Shown here piece after piece: positions 1 to 13,035 of a stretch of 64,000 nt of DNA. The translations under genes and the position numbers were made by a program. The notes below the pieces were generated by a model. It worked only from the letters and a program-made list of their open reading frames with translations. It searched no databases and had not been told where the DNA came from. Position 1 is the first letter of the stretch; the number at the start of each line of letters is the position of its first letter. This DNA is from Lama guanicoe (lineage: Eukaryota), in assembly GCA_013239625.1 (NCBI GenBank), contig MU054187.1, positions 4,165,757 through 4,229,756 of the forward strand, in the 5' to 3' direction.

Positions 1-1139
1 GGCTCCTAACGGCGGAGTAGCAAGGAGGGAGGGCATGTCTGCTGGTCTCCTACTTCTCTATGAGGGTTTTGGCCATGTCATAAAGATTAAGAATTATTTA
101 CTTAGAAAGACTGTAATTTTTTCCCCTCATACAAGACTGAAAAAATTATCTATTTCCCTCCTTCTCCACTTGTCATTCTCACTTTGCTTATTTTGTCCGC
201 AGAGTACACATAATTTTTCTACGTGCAGAGATGCTGTGGGTATAATAGACCGTTGACATGGTCATAAATTTGAGTTAAACTGGAAGAATAATAAGCAATG
301 TTGATATTTGCTCAGAATTATAATAAATGTGTAGCCACGGTGCTCACCAGGTTAAAAGAGCATTTTGCTTCTGTTTTGGGGGAATCTGCTTAATGTGTTT
401 GACGTTTGAAATATGAGTAACTCAAGAGATCTTAGAGATAACAGCAAAATAAGTTACTGAATTTTATCTACTTTTTAAATGTCAGCATTGGTTTGTAGTA
501 AATTGCTTGACATTGCAGCATTTTTTTTAATCAACTATGCATTTTGCTTTTTTTTTGCTTTTTTATTTTCCTTCTTTGATTTTTCATATCTTATATCTTA
601 TTTTTCGTATCTTTTTCATATCAGAAGTTTAAGAAAAAATATTAGAAGCATTTAATTCTGATGGTGATAACAGATACACTTAAATGTTGGGAACTGGGCA
701 CTGTGTGGAATGTCTCCGTTAATGGCACGTAATGAAATGAATGTCTGTGTTGAAAACTGGCTATGACTCAGTCTTCAGGGCTTGGCTTCAAAGGGCAGGC
801 TGCAAAATGTTTCAGAAAGGGTTTGATGATCCCAAAGTAGACTTAGAGAGATGAGTGTAATACAGCTGAGGACTCGTGGACAACCCCCACCCAACACCCT
901 CCACGTTAGAGAAGAAGGAAGAAGGAAGAGTCTGTGTTTCATATTTCCCAGACACCAGCTGGCATAAACGTTCAAGAGTGACAGCAGTGAACGTTGGCTA
1001 ATTAAACAAACTGACGAAATGAAGAGACCAATAGAAATGAGCACTGTCGTTTCAAAGACTTATTGATGAAGTAGGGTGACATTTAAACTTGTTTACTTAA
1101 ATTAGGAGCTGCCTTGATGTTTGACTATTGCCTTACTAT

Positions 1140-1250
1140 TTGTTCATTCAACAACCATGTCTTGCCCAGGGCCTGTTATTCACCAGGCACCGTTCCAGGC
1201 CCCGGTGCTTCATCAGCGAGCAACACACACTGCCCGCACTCACGTGTGAA
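1140..1250 (-). mobile_element. LINE2 3' end fragment
   Basis: TTGTTCATTCAACAA followed by CCAGGCACCGTTCCAGGC resembles the reverse complement of the L2 terminus (recalled consensus). Confidence 0.65.
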
Positions 1251-1430
1251 TAAAGAGCAGTTTCAGATGTCAGGTGTTCAAGGCATCTCCCCTTCCTCTG
1301 CCTGTTTGCCTGAAGGTGCGCAAATAACCTTGAGCTTGCTTAGATCTGTGCTGGCTCTGGAAAAACGTCCACGCCACCCCTGGAGAAAAACCTAATCACT
1401 TTTAATAGAGAATGTATAGTATGTAGAGTA

Positions 1431-1890
1431 GGTCGGCTGAAAAAAATGCACAGCCCAAGAGCTGTGAGCTCAGTTTTATTCGGGGCCGACTGAGGACTAT
1501 AACCTGGGAGACAGCCTCTCACGCAGCTTGGAGGAGCTGCTCGGAGGAGGTGGGGAGGGCAGCAGCTGTGGCGTTTTGGTGAAGGGGGCTGTGGAGTCAG
1601 GCACACAGTTTGGCAGAGGGTTGCTGCTGGTCACCAGGAGCCGGCGTCTCCACTAACAATTTGAGTGCTTTTCTAGATATGAGAAAACACAAGAAATTGG
1701 GCTCATAAAACCTCCTCAAAATAGCTGACTATCTGAAGCCCTGCTCTGCCAGTTTTCCCAGAGCACAGGCTGTCTCATTCCTGCTCCCAGCCCTTAAGTC
1801 CCCTCAGGGTGTGTGGAAGGTCAGTGGCTGCACTGGCTCCTGACTTCATTCCTGCGGAACCAGATGGTGAGCGACAGTTTTTAGCTGGCT
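1431..1890 (-). mobile_element. ERV1-class solo LTR (resembles cetartiodactyl MER41-like LTRs)
   Basis: About 460 bp, from GGTCGGCTGAAAAAAATGCACA to TTTTTAGCTGGC, matching a recalled artiodactyl LTR consensus. AATAAA lies on the minus strand (plus TTTATT 1475-1480). The terminal TG/CA is mutated and no clean TSD is visible. Confidence 0.75.
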
Positions 1891-2099
1891 GGTGCACACA
1901 ACCGAGTGTAAACGTGTGCTCGTCCTCGTAACAACTCTCTCTCACCCCACCCCGACCCTCACCCCCTCACCCACCCATCACATTTCCTTTAGCCTGGTCA
2001 ACCCATCATTGACTCCTAGGAAATTTTTTTTTTTTTTTGACAAGCACAGTGTTGGAGGCAGTTTGTTCGCACTTCTCTTTTTTCCAGAGGAGAGATTTT

Positions 2100-2340
2100 C
2101 CCAGGCCCTGCTCACCTCCAGCCGGGGCCCCGATTCGTTCTCCACGTGGGGATGGGGGAGAACGCGCTTGCGCAGCTCAGGCGCTCCGCCCGCCCCTCTT
2201 CGGGCCCTGGGGCGGCCGTCACGCAGGCGCGGCCGGGGAGCGGCGCAGACCCGCACACCGGCGCGCGCTGAGGCCGCCCGCGTGGCCCCGGGTGCGCGCG
2301 CAGGCCCGGCGGGGAGGTGTGCTGCGCTGAATGGATGAAG
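2100..2340. promoter_or_regulatory. Small CpG island with promoter-type motifs
   Basis: Dense CpG/GC tract. E-box CACGTG 2143-2148, NRF1-like GCGCTTGCGC 2164-2173 and TGCGCGCGCA 2293-2302, GC boxes near 2184-2196 and 2209-2216. Minus-strand donor GAG|GTGAGC at 2116/2115. Confidence 0.6.
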
Positions 2341-3077
2341 GGCTTGGTGCTAACTTCATGCTCACGACAAGTTTGATAGTGGTGAGCATGTATTTCAGAA
2401 ATGAGTGAATGCAGAAAAGGAGAAAATTAATTTAAAAAGAATTACCCAGCAAAGACACATTTATGTTCTTAACATGCAGCCATGGTCTCTGGTGGTCTGC
2501 GTATCAAACGAAGGGTTAACCTTGACCTAAATATTAAGTCATGTTCAGGAAAAGCAGGGGCAATGGGTCAGCTGAGACTGCTTAAGTCCTCACTCTTAGA
2601 ACATCCTGGATTAAATTAGATCTTCTTTATTCAGTCTTGTGTTGATGGCTAGAATATTACTTTGAGGAAGAAGAAAATCACTTGGCATTCCGGCTTCTAG
2701 ACTAGTTCTTGTCGCTGTTGCAACTAAGAATACTGCTTTTTAATGTCAGTCAGGCCTGAAAACTCAGACTAACCCTAGCGTCCTTGTAAGCAAATCTGCC
2801 CCAGTCCTGTGTGCATTTCAGACACACTCGCTTTTACTTTCTACAGAAAGTAAAGCTTTCTTTATTTGTTCTTCACTCCCTTTCATGGAGGGACATGGTG
2901 CTGAGGGAAATAGTCATGAGGAGCTTATGTTCTAGAACTTTCTATTCATAGCAGAGAACACTAGATTCGCTGAACGGAACAGCTGTCATTTTTTGTAGAA
3001 CCATGAGGCAATTTCAGTGAAGTATGGAAGCAAACTGAATTTGCATAATTCAGAGGCAGTGCGTTTCTCTCTCTCTC

Positions 3078-3760
3078 TTTTCATTGCAGTTAAAAAAGTA
3101 CACAACATAAAATTCATCATCTTAACTATTTTTAGATGTTCAGCAGTGTTGACTGTATTTATGTTGCTGGGCAACCATTGTTTTTTATCTTGCAAAAATG
3201 GATCTTTATACACCCATTTCCGTCTTCCCCAAGACCCTGAAGGCCACCATTCTGTTTTCTGTTTTTATGACACTTCGTATAAGTGGAATGATATAGTTTC
3301 TTTTTAGTGATTGGATCATTTCAGTATAATGTCCTTAAGTTTCATGCATGTTGCAGTGTACATCAGAATTTCCCTTCTTTTTAGCCCTGAATAATATTCC
3401 ATTTTATGTGCATATGACATTTTCCTTATCCATCTTTAGCCATTCACCCCTGGATGGATGTTGAATTGCCCCACCTCTTAGCTATTGTGAATAGTGCTGC
3501 AGTGAACATCGGTGTGCAAAAATCTCTTTGAGATATTGCTATTAATTCTCTTGGATAGATACCCAGAAGCTGCATTGCTGGATCATATGGTAGTTCTATA
3601 TTCAACTTTTTTGAGGAGTCTCCATACTGTTTTCCATGGTGGCTGCACCGATTTATATTCCCACCGACAGTGCACGGACGTTCCCTTTTCCCCACATCCT
3701 TTTGCCAGCTTTGTTGTCTCATGTCTTTTGGATGATAGCCACTCTAACAGGCTTGAGGCT
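3078..3760 (-). mobile_element. 5'-truncated L1 (L1MA/L1MB-age): 3' UTR and ORF2 C-terminus
   Basis: ORF 3444..3722(-) gives [22 protein letters not shown]...[16 protein letters not shown], the L1 ORF2p C-terminal motif. Typical L1 3' UTR lies to its left. Confidence 0.92.
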
Positions 3761-4189
3761 GGATTTCATTATTATATTTGTTGTGCTTATTAAGGTCCAA
3801 CAGACCTCACCTTGGTGTCAGTAAAGTTAATATGTACAATCTTCCAGGTACCTTGACATTTCAGTTGCTTTGACTAAATACACTGTAAGGCTCTTCTACA
3901 TTTGGCCAGGGTTTGTCCTACGCGGTTGGAGAGCTGCATTGCTTAGAATCGGAAATGTTTCGATGTGGACACTTTCCTGTTATTACCGGAAATTCTCAAC
4001 AGAGCATTTTCACAAAAGTGCATTCCCTTTGCTACTTAGCTAATAACAATCATGCACTTGATTATAAGATGTATTCCAACTTTAGAAAAGCTAAAATGTG
4101 ACATAGTTCAAACCTAGGTGATGAAGAAAAGCTCTTCTTAATAAAACACTATGAGCTAATCAAGGTAGGACATGGTTATTCATAAAGAA

Positions 4190-4580
4190 TGAAATCCATA
4201 TACAATTAGCATTTTGCAACCCTCAACAAAATAACTGATTCAGGGAAGGATCAATAAAAGATGTTAAGACCATTAGTGATGGTTGTTGAAGAACAGGATA
4301 CTGGCAAGGTGGCCAGCACATCACACCGTAGATTTTTTGATAACTGTGAAGGATAAACATACCTTTGCATTGATTCTGTCTACTTCAGTGCAGTGATCCA
4401 ATTTAGCCTTAATAAGAGGGGGGTTCTATGTAAAGGTGTATACCTAACTATGACTCAGTGTGGAGTACCCAGCATCATTTATGAAACGTTCTTACCTAGA
4501 TTGTTCTAACAAGCCTGAATAGTCTTTAGATTTAACTTTGGATTACAGGAAGTAAAGAGGACAGGGGAACAACTAAACTA
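4190..4580 (+). mobile_element. Old L1 3' UTR fragment (L1MC5/L1ME3-like)
   Basis: TTAGCATTTTGCAACC...AATAACTGATTCAGGGAAGGATCA...ACCATTAGTGA and TTTAGATTTAACTTTGGATTACAGGAAGTA match the recalled consensus. Confidence 0.65.
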
Positions 4581-7500
4581 CTGTTGGCTTTCCAGCCTCC
4601 TGGTCTAGAAAAGATAGGCGATTCCCTGCAGTTGACCTTGGTCCAGGAGGAAGAAAAATTACTACATATACTCTTGGCCACTTCAGTCAGGAAGGGAAGC
4701 CAACCTAGAAATCTCTCTCCCAAGAGATTATTGGGGATGGTCACCAGTTGAGTCTTTTCATTCTTGACCCTACACCAAATACATGTTTTTTCCTTTAAAC
4801 TAATATTAAAAAAATTATTTTCATTAAAACAGACATAGGTATTAGGAATAACATTGAAACGACTATAAATTCCTGGTGTTGGCCCACAAAACTCATTTTG
4901 CAGCAGAAACACCACCTAAGTTTTCTTAGGTGAGGCACAGGGACACTGAGAGGGTAAGTATCAGCTTTCTAGGCATTCAGTGGAGGTGGGAAAGGATATT
5001 GTGGGCAGAACAGGGTTGTCCATGGAAGCAGAGTTTGGTTTTTCAGGGGTGTGGAGGATATGGGGAGGGGAAATATGGACAAATGCATCTGGCTTCGGCC
5101 AGACCATTCATGACCTTGCATGCATACTAAAGCATTTGGTCTTATACCTGGGTCTTTGAGTTTCCAATGAAATTTTCTATAGCTTGATGTGTTAATGTGT
5201 ATGATAATCTAAACAAACTGATGCAAATATATCTGGGGACTTTTGGATGATTATCTGTATTAGTTACTGTAGGCTATTTGTTATACCAAAATATCCTAAA
5301 ATCTATAACTTTTTGGACATCCCTCACCCATTTATGTAGCACAGATTATAAATTCTACTGACTTGTTTTGATGTGCATGTATCATTTTCTTTTTCAGCCC
5401 TTTTTCTTGCCCTGATCAAAGCTGATTTCAGCTTTGTTAGTGATGTCTCAGACTTCTCGAATCGCATTTTTCCAATCTGATATAATTCTATTCTTATTAA
5501 GACAACTTTTGCCTGAAATATCTTATTTGGCCATCAGAATCGCTAAAGTCACTGAATAATGGCCAAAGTAGAGTGATCCGTCTCTGAACATTAAAAAACT
5601 TTTGCAATTGCATGGAACTATCTAGAATTGCCCCAATCAAAAGATGTGTTCACTCCATTTGCTCTATTTAATATTAACGTGATTTTTTTACACTGCATCC
5701 AGTGGTACCATGTATGAATTTCACCCTCAGGTCCATTTATACCAGCACATATCCGATATGCAACTCATGCTGTTTCTTGTATTTTGGCTTGTCTTTGTTT
5801 CCCATTCATGTGTCCTGACTACGTGTATCTACCTCACTGTGTCTCCATTTAGACGCATCCGCCTGTGGAGCCAGGACTGGCAGTGTCTGTAACATCTCAC
5901 TCCAACATTTGACCAGGTGAGCCTGGGCAAGTCTCCAGTTTCTCCTCCAAAGCACACCACTCATTATTTTTGTTGTCTTTGTGTTTCCTTTTCCTTCAAA
6001 AATGATCATAAGAAAATAGTTGAAATTTGCTTAGATGAAGGGGAAACTACTGGTAACTATCAATGCTGTCCCTTCCAACTGGCTTGCATGGGAGCCAAAG
6101 CTTTATGTTAAAGGGACAAAGTTCTAGGGCAGGACTTGCAGGTGTTGGGGGACCAGGAAGGGTGGAGGGTATCCGGGTGAGTAAAAAGACCCCGAAAGCC
6201 TTGGATTCTTCCCACTTCACGCTGACTGTGATGTGGTCTCGGGCACGTTTCCTAACCGTTCTCAGCCTCAGCTTACTGTGTGTATCGGAGACACGATCTC
6301 TTTCCCAGCTCGATATGAGAGCAAGCGTAAGAGGGAGGATCTCTGGATTTTCTAAGACGAATCACATGCCTGTCTTTACCAACTCTCAGAACTAGCATCA
6401 TGACCACACACGGGATGATGGCAGGAAGCGAAGCCACTCAAAGCCCGTGTGCCAGGAAGGGTCACGTTCTGCTTGGGGTGGGAACCGTGAATGGATCTTC
6501 AGTTTGTTCACCAGCTTGGCTTTGAATGTAAATACTCATACTACTACCTTGAAGTGTTGATCCATCACTTCATATGTAATATAACGTGAATTATGGAAGC
6601 TGTGTGTAATGTGCATCGTAACAATCCCATTACCCTCCGCTTGTGGTGTGTTCTAATTCACAACAGATTTTAAAAGCATCTTTTGTCTAATTTGAATTTC
6701 AAAACAACCTGATAGGATTGCAATTTTGACTCCATTTGATCATGAGGAAATTGAGTTTTTCATATTTTGTCTACTATTCATTCAATAAATTTTGAAATAA
6801 CTTTTTATTATGTTGCATAAGCAACGGCCACTTTGGAGTTTTGTAAGAGTATTATTTTGATGAGACAAGTATGTCTTCCTAGTGCCTCTGTGATTAGACC
6901 TTCACCCAACTACTTACCCCTATCGTGGTCTAGCAGCTGTTGGCAATTTCTGGCTTGATTCTTTGTACAGCACTGCACATAATTAAGCAGTTTGGAAATG
7001 CTTCAATGACAGTTTGAAGGTGCTGTTTAAGAAGTCTGGAGTTACCTCCTTTGGTCCTCTGCATTTGCTAGATATATACAACTTCTTCCCCAGTGCCCAT
7101 CCTCACTCAACACTTAACAATTTATTTGGTGCTTTTGCTTTTCAATATGATTAGGAATTTATTTTTATAGTTTTAACTATGGGTACAGTTTTTGGTTGTT
7201 GTTGTTGCACTGCTACCAGCAGTATTTGTTGTCAAGGAACTTCATGAAAGAGATCTGTCTTTTCTACTTGCAAATAAATCAGATGAATTTATGTCTGTGT
7301 CAATGCGAGGTGATTGTGGACACTAAAGATATGTGACTGCAAATTGTTTCACATGGGAAAAAATGCAGCTACAGAAAAGCATGAAAAGACAACATTTACA
7401 AGCTTTTAGAAACAGCTGTATTTTGATCATTTATTCATATCTTAGCAAAGGCAATTATATTTCAGAGTGAAAATGTGATTTTTCATTTTGAAATATAATT

Positions 7501-8309
7501 ACAGCTCATGGAAAATTCTGGGAGAATGTTTATTTTAAGGCTTATCTCTAGGTATTACACGATAATGGTGGTTATTAGACGTGAAAGAGAAATGGAAGAC
7601 TCAACTGCGCTCCAGTAGCTCTGAGTCAGGTGGCGCTCATTTTGCGTGATAGACAATTGTTTCCTGTGCAAAAGAGGCAAAAATATTCAGTGTCAGCCAC
7701 TGAGAAGAAGGAGCTGAGGAGTGGGAACTGAAAACTGACAACGTCAAGAACGGAACTTATTTAAGATTAATGTAAAACATGAGCATATTGTTTCCAGGCA
7801 ATTTCCTTACTTGTTTGACCCTCACGTTGGAAAGTAATTGAAGCACGTTCAGCAAAAGGTAACGATGGCACATGCCCTTGCGTTTTTACATCTCTCCTTC
7901 TGGGAAACCGGTACACATTTTGAGTTCAGTTTAAATAAGTGACTTTCATCCTGAGAAAAAAAAATCTCCGAGAATATTCTCAGGGACACTTGTCCCATAC
8001 TATTACGTGTTATACTGAACTAGTCATAGCGTAGACTCACAGAACACGTGAGTGAAAACTGGACCCAAAATAGGATCTAGTGCCATTCTATTGTTTCAGA
8101 GAAATGCAGAGAAGAAAGAGAAGCAAAAGGGGGAGAAGGAGAAGGTAGAGAATGAAGAGGAAGAGGGAGAGAGAGAGGAGGAGGAGGGGAAAAAGGGATG
8201 CAGGCAAAGAGGCACAAAGAGATAAGTCAAATTATTTTACTGAAAGCAAACAGCACATAGCAACACCTAGACTTCAAGTTTCCACAGCCAGGCAGAACCT
8301 CACAGTGGT

Positions 8310-8500
8310 AGCAATCCTCACTTCTAAGCTTGTATCACTGTGTGACCTTGAGTCATTCCTAAACCTAACTCTACCTCGATTTGCCCATCTGTAAAATGGG
8401 AGTCCTTTGTACCTACCTCATGGGATTGTTGAGAGGATTAAGTGAAACCGCAGGTGTAAAGCATTTAACAGAGCGCACGTGGGGGCGTTCGCATGAGTGC
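8310..8500 (+). mobile_element. MIR SINE
   Basis: Core CTGTGTGACCTTGAGTCA...CATCTGTAAAATGGGA...TACCTACCTCATGGGATTGTTGAGAGGATTAAGTGA. Confidence 0.88.
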
Positions 8501-8954
8501 CAACGTCTGTGTTAGCATGGGTTTTGTAGTAGATTTTACTGCTACTATTTTGTCTGATACACCGGCTCTTTTCATAGTTCACATCGCAGCTCTGTACTGA
8601 GGGCTCGTGCCTCTGTTTTCCCAGTCTAGTCTTTGATCAGTGGTGATGCCTCAAGTCAGAATTCTCAGAGCAATGGCTGAGAATTTAACTTCAAAAAAAA
8701 ATTATCACATACACCATCACTGGGCGGGTTGATCTGCATGTTTGCAGTCTGTTTGAACTCTGACGAGAAAGGGAAATCAGAGTGGTTGTTTTTGAATGTG
8801 AGCTTGCTTTTGAATAACAGACACAGTTAGAATTCTTGTAAAGTGAATCATCAGAGCCATCTCGGGGGGTTGCAAGGCTGACCCTACTTCTATTTTGAGA
8901 TGAAGTTCATTATTTCTTATATTTGTCACACAGGGAGGCCTATTTCAGCTGATT

Positions 8955-9145
8955 ACATGGAGGAACTTTCTAACAGAACGACTCAGAAGAGGACTGGTCT
9001 CCTCAGGAGGCTGAGTCTCGGCTGGAGTCTAAGCGGCTGAGCGAGCCAAGTGGGACGCTCAGCAGAGGGGACTGGAGCGTCAGGTAGGCGGGCTGGTAAA
9101 CAGATGCTGAAATTCTTTCCAGAACTGAGATTTTTAGGTCTGGAA
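8955..9145 (+). mobile_element. L3/CR1 LINE 3' end
   Basis: GGAACTTTCTAACAG...CCTCAGGAGG...CTGGAG...AGAGGGGA...TTCCAGAACTGAGATT is collinear with the recalled L3 3' end. Confidence 0.6.
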
Positions 9146-9258
9146 TTCTTGAATTGAAACTACTAAAGTTTGGGAGCCTTTCCTTCTGTATTTCCTGAAT
9201 TCATATGAAATTTTGTAATCTGTTACAATTATCAAATGCAAGCATAATCTTTTGTGTG

Positions 9259-11853
9259 TTTTTTTTTAATGAGGTGAAATTCACATAAAAGTACCCACTT
9301 TAAAGTAGGCAGTTAATTCAGTGGTGTGTAGTATATTCGCAGTGCTGCGCAACCAGCACCTGCATCTAAATCCAAAGCATTTCAATCTCCCCCAAAGGAA
9401 AACCCATACCCGTGAAGCAGTTCCTCCCCAGAACCCCTCCCCCCAGGATCTAAAAACCACTAATGTTCTTTCTGGATTTGCTAATTTGGGGTATTGCTTA
9501 TTAATGGAGTCATACCATGTGTGCTCTTGTGTCTGGCTTTTTCCGCTTAGCATGTTTTTCAGTTTCATCCGTGTTGTAGCATGTGTCTGTAATTAATTCC
9601 TATTTATGGCTGAACAATATTTCACCGTGTGTATAAATCATCCACAATATGTCTATTCACTCATCCACTGATGGACATTCGGGTGTAATAATAGCACGTC
9701 TATGAACATGCATGTACATGTATTTGTTTGAGTACCTGCTTTCATTTCTTGCAAATAGATCCCTAGGAGTGGAATAACAGATAATATGGTAGTTCTGTGT
9801 TTAACCTTTTAAGGAATGGCCAAGTAATATTCTACAGCAGCTGAACCGTTTTATGTTCCCATCTCTAATGTACAAGGGCCCCAGTTTTCTGACATCTTCA
9901 CCAACATTTGTTATTTTACAATTAAAAAAAAAACCGCAGCCATTATAGTGGGTGTGAAGTGGTGCGTCATTGTGGTTTTGATTTGCATTTCCCTAGTGGC
10001 GAATGACATTGAGCATCTTCTCATATGCTTGTTGCTCATTTGTATGTCTTCCTTGGAGAAATGCCTATTCAAGCTCTTTGCCCATCTTTAAACTGAATTT
10101 GGTCTTTTTGTTCTTGAGTTGGAAGAGTTCCTTATATATTCTGGGTATTAGTCTTTTTTAGATACATAATTTACAGATTCTTTTTCCATTCTGTAGACTG
10201 TCTTTTCACTTCTTTGGTTATGTCTAATGATGCACAGAAGTTTTAAATTTTGATAAAGTACCATCTATCTGTGTATTGTTTTCTTGCTTGTGTTTTTGGT
10301 AGTATGTCTAAGACTTCATTACGAAATCTGCAGTCATGAAGATTTACTTCCATGCTTTCTTCTAAGAGTTTTATGGTTTTAGCCCTTATGTTTAAGTCAT
10401 TGACACCTTTTCAGTTGACTTTTTACATGGTGCAAGGTGGGCATTCATTCTTTTGCATGTTAATATTCAGTTGTCTCAACACCATTCATTGAAAAGACTA
10501 TTTTTCCTCCTTGAAAGATTCTGGCTTTCTTGCCAATAATCAATGAACCATAGACGTATGGATTTATTTCTGGGCTCTTGATTCTTTTCCATCAATCTGT
10601 CTGTCTATCCATAATTCCTTGACTACTGTAGCTTTGTAGTAAGTGTTGAAGCTAGAAGTGTGAGTCCTCCAAATATGTTGTTCTTTTTCAATATTGTTTT
10701 GACCATTCAGAGCCCCTTATAATTCCTTATGAATCTGAAGATCAGCTTTTCCATATCTGCAGAAAAAGACCATTAGAATTTTGATAATGAACGCAATCAA
10801 TGTTTAAGTCACTTCGGGTACTATTGCCATCTTGACAGTAGTACGTTTTCCCATCCATGAGCATAGGCTGTCTTTTCATTTATTTAAATCTTTGTTTAAT
10901 TTTTTTTAGCGATGTTTTATAGTTTTCAATTGTGTCAGTATTTTACCTTTGGTTACATTCATACCTAGCTACTTTATTCTTTTGGATGCTCTTGTAAATG
11001 GAATTGTTTTCTTAATATACTTTTTAGACTGTCCATTGCAGGTATATAGAGACACAGCTGATCTTTGTGTGTTGATCTTGAAGTGTATGATTTTGCTGAA
11101 TTTATTAGCTTGAGTAATTTTTTCCTGTGAATTCTTTGGAATTTCTACATATAGAATTACGTCCTCTGTGAATAAAGAGAGTTCTACTTCTTCCTTTCCA
11201 ATTTTGATGCCTTCTATTGACTTTTTATTTTTCTGCCTATTTGGTCTGGATATAGCTTTCAGTGCGACGTTGAATGGCAGTGGTGAAATTGGGCATCCTT
11301 GTCTTGTTCTTGATCTTAGAGGCAAAGTTTTCAGACTTTCACCACTGAGTTGATGTTGGTTGCAAGTGTTTAATTAATGCGTTTTATCATGTTGAAAACA
11401 TTCTCTTCTAGTCCTAGTTTTCTGGGTGTTTTTATCATGAAAGGATGTTAAATATTATCAAATGCTTTTTCTGTGTCATGTGCTATGCTCATGTGGTCTA
11501 TTTCTTTATTCTATAAATGCAGTGTATTACACGGATTGATATTCTTATCTTTGCCTTCATAGGATAGATCCCACTTGGTCATGGCAAATAATCCTTTTAT
11601 TGTGTTGTCAGATTTCGTTTGCTAGTAATTTGTGGAGGATTTTCACATCAATATTCATGAGGGAGATTGGTCCGTAGTATTATTTCTTGTGGTGTCTTCA
11701 TCTGGCGTTGGTATCAGGGTAACACTGGCCTCATAGAATGAGTTGGTGTATCCTCTCTTCTATCTTTTGGAAGTGCTTGAGAAGACTTGGCATTAACTCT
11801 TCAAACATTTGCTGGAATTTACCAGTGAGGCCATCTGGCCTGGGGTTTTGTTG
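9259..11853 (-). mobile_element. 5'-truncated L1 (L1MB-like), ~2.6 kb, decayed ORF2 RT and C-terminal region plus 3' UTR
   Basis: T-run tail at 9259-9267. ORF 10969..11325(-) gives PLRSRTRQGCPISPLPFN...IKIGKEEVELSLFTEDVILY, where the catalytic FADD is mutated to FTED. Many stops and frameshifts. Confidence 0.95.
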
Positions 11854-12904
11854 AGATACTTTCTTCCTTCTATCCTGGAAAACTGTTTGGAAATACTCCC
11901 GAAGTATTCTCATTCTCTGGGAAAAATAGCCCTTCATATTTTTCTGGACTAAACTTTGATGGTCAGCCAGTTCTTTTGAACTACCAACTCAAATCTTGTG
12001 GAATTTTTTGCATTTCATCTTTGTACTTGTGGGAGAGATGGGGTCATGGTTCAAATTCCTTTATTCACACTCGTAATTTCTTTATCCTTGGGATTATCAA
12101 TAATTTTTTTTCTTTTTATTTGGTTTAATAGGATTTAAAAGTACTATTTTGGACCTTTTTCATTCAATGTTAGGTTTCACTAAGTAGATGCATCGTATAG
12201 AACTACTGACCACAGAAGCGATGCATAAATCCCCCGATATTGTTGCCTTTTGGTGGGGGGGGTTGATGATAAACAGCATATACAATGCTGCTTTGATCTG
12301 TTCCTATTGAGAAATGTGTTAATTTACACAGGTGAATCTCCAGATTTACAGATGCTTAGCATTTTAAAGAACAAAAATTCTTTTAAAAACATATGATACA
12401 TGAATTTTTTTCCGCACTGTTCTTTGCCTTTGTTAAACATCGGGTACAGGTTATAATTTGATGTGCTTCTTGATTACTCAGGAGCATGATCCTGAGCTCA
12501 TTTATGGGACAGCACTATCCTCTAGGTGCTCAAGTGCATGGCCTGCCTACTGCATTACAGCCCTCCTTTTTCTGCCTTAATCATAGCTGTGATTTCCCTT
12601 TTGCTATACTGTCTGTGCCTCTGACCTAAAAGCTTTCTACTCTTCTCAATAATAAATGACTATTAGTTTCCAAGCAGAAAGGAGAGAAACAAGTAGACTA
12701 AATACACTTTGTGTTCAAGCAGATATTAAGTGCTTTTTAGCGGGGCTGTTCTCCCGTTCTTAGACAAGTGAGCAAGAGCAGAGGCTTATGGAAAAATGAC
12801 TCAAGGCTGATTCTGCCAGAAAAAATGGGGAGAAAATCATGTACCCTTTCAAATGCCTACCATATGTTTTATTATTTACTCTTCAGCCTGATTCTGTTAG
12901 CCAT

Positions 12905-13035
12905 GCATTACTGTTCCCATTACACTTAAAGAAATGGAGATTTAGGGAAGATAAGAGACTTGGTCCAAGTTACATATCATAGTTAGTGACAAAATTGGGA
13001 GACTATTTAAATCCCTGAGTCCAGTGCCTGTGTTC
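12905..13035 (-). mobile_element. MIR SINE fragment
   Basis: CCCATTACACTTAAAGAAATGGAGATTTAGGGAAGATAAGAGACTTGGTCCAAGTTACATA resembles the reverse MIR core. Confidence 0.65.

Noticed and set aside
580..622. Three copies of TTTTTC(A/G)TATC
   Set aside because: A short slippage-type tandem duplication in T-rich DNA, not a spacer array.
1431..1890. Interferon-inducible (GAS) enhancer in the MER41-like LTR
   Set aside because: I found no intact TTCNNNGAA in this copy.
1892..2338. Arg/Ala/Gly/Pro-rich ORFs over the CpG island
   Set aside because: They are open in several frames because GC-rich DNA lacks stops, have non-ATG starts, and show no homology I recognise.
10969..11325. Reverse transcriptase ORF as an active or novel RT system
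   Set aside because: It is part of a 5'-truncated L1 with FADD mutated to FTED and many frame disruptions.
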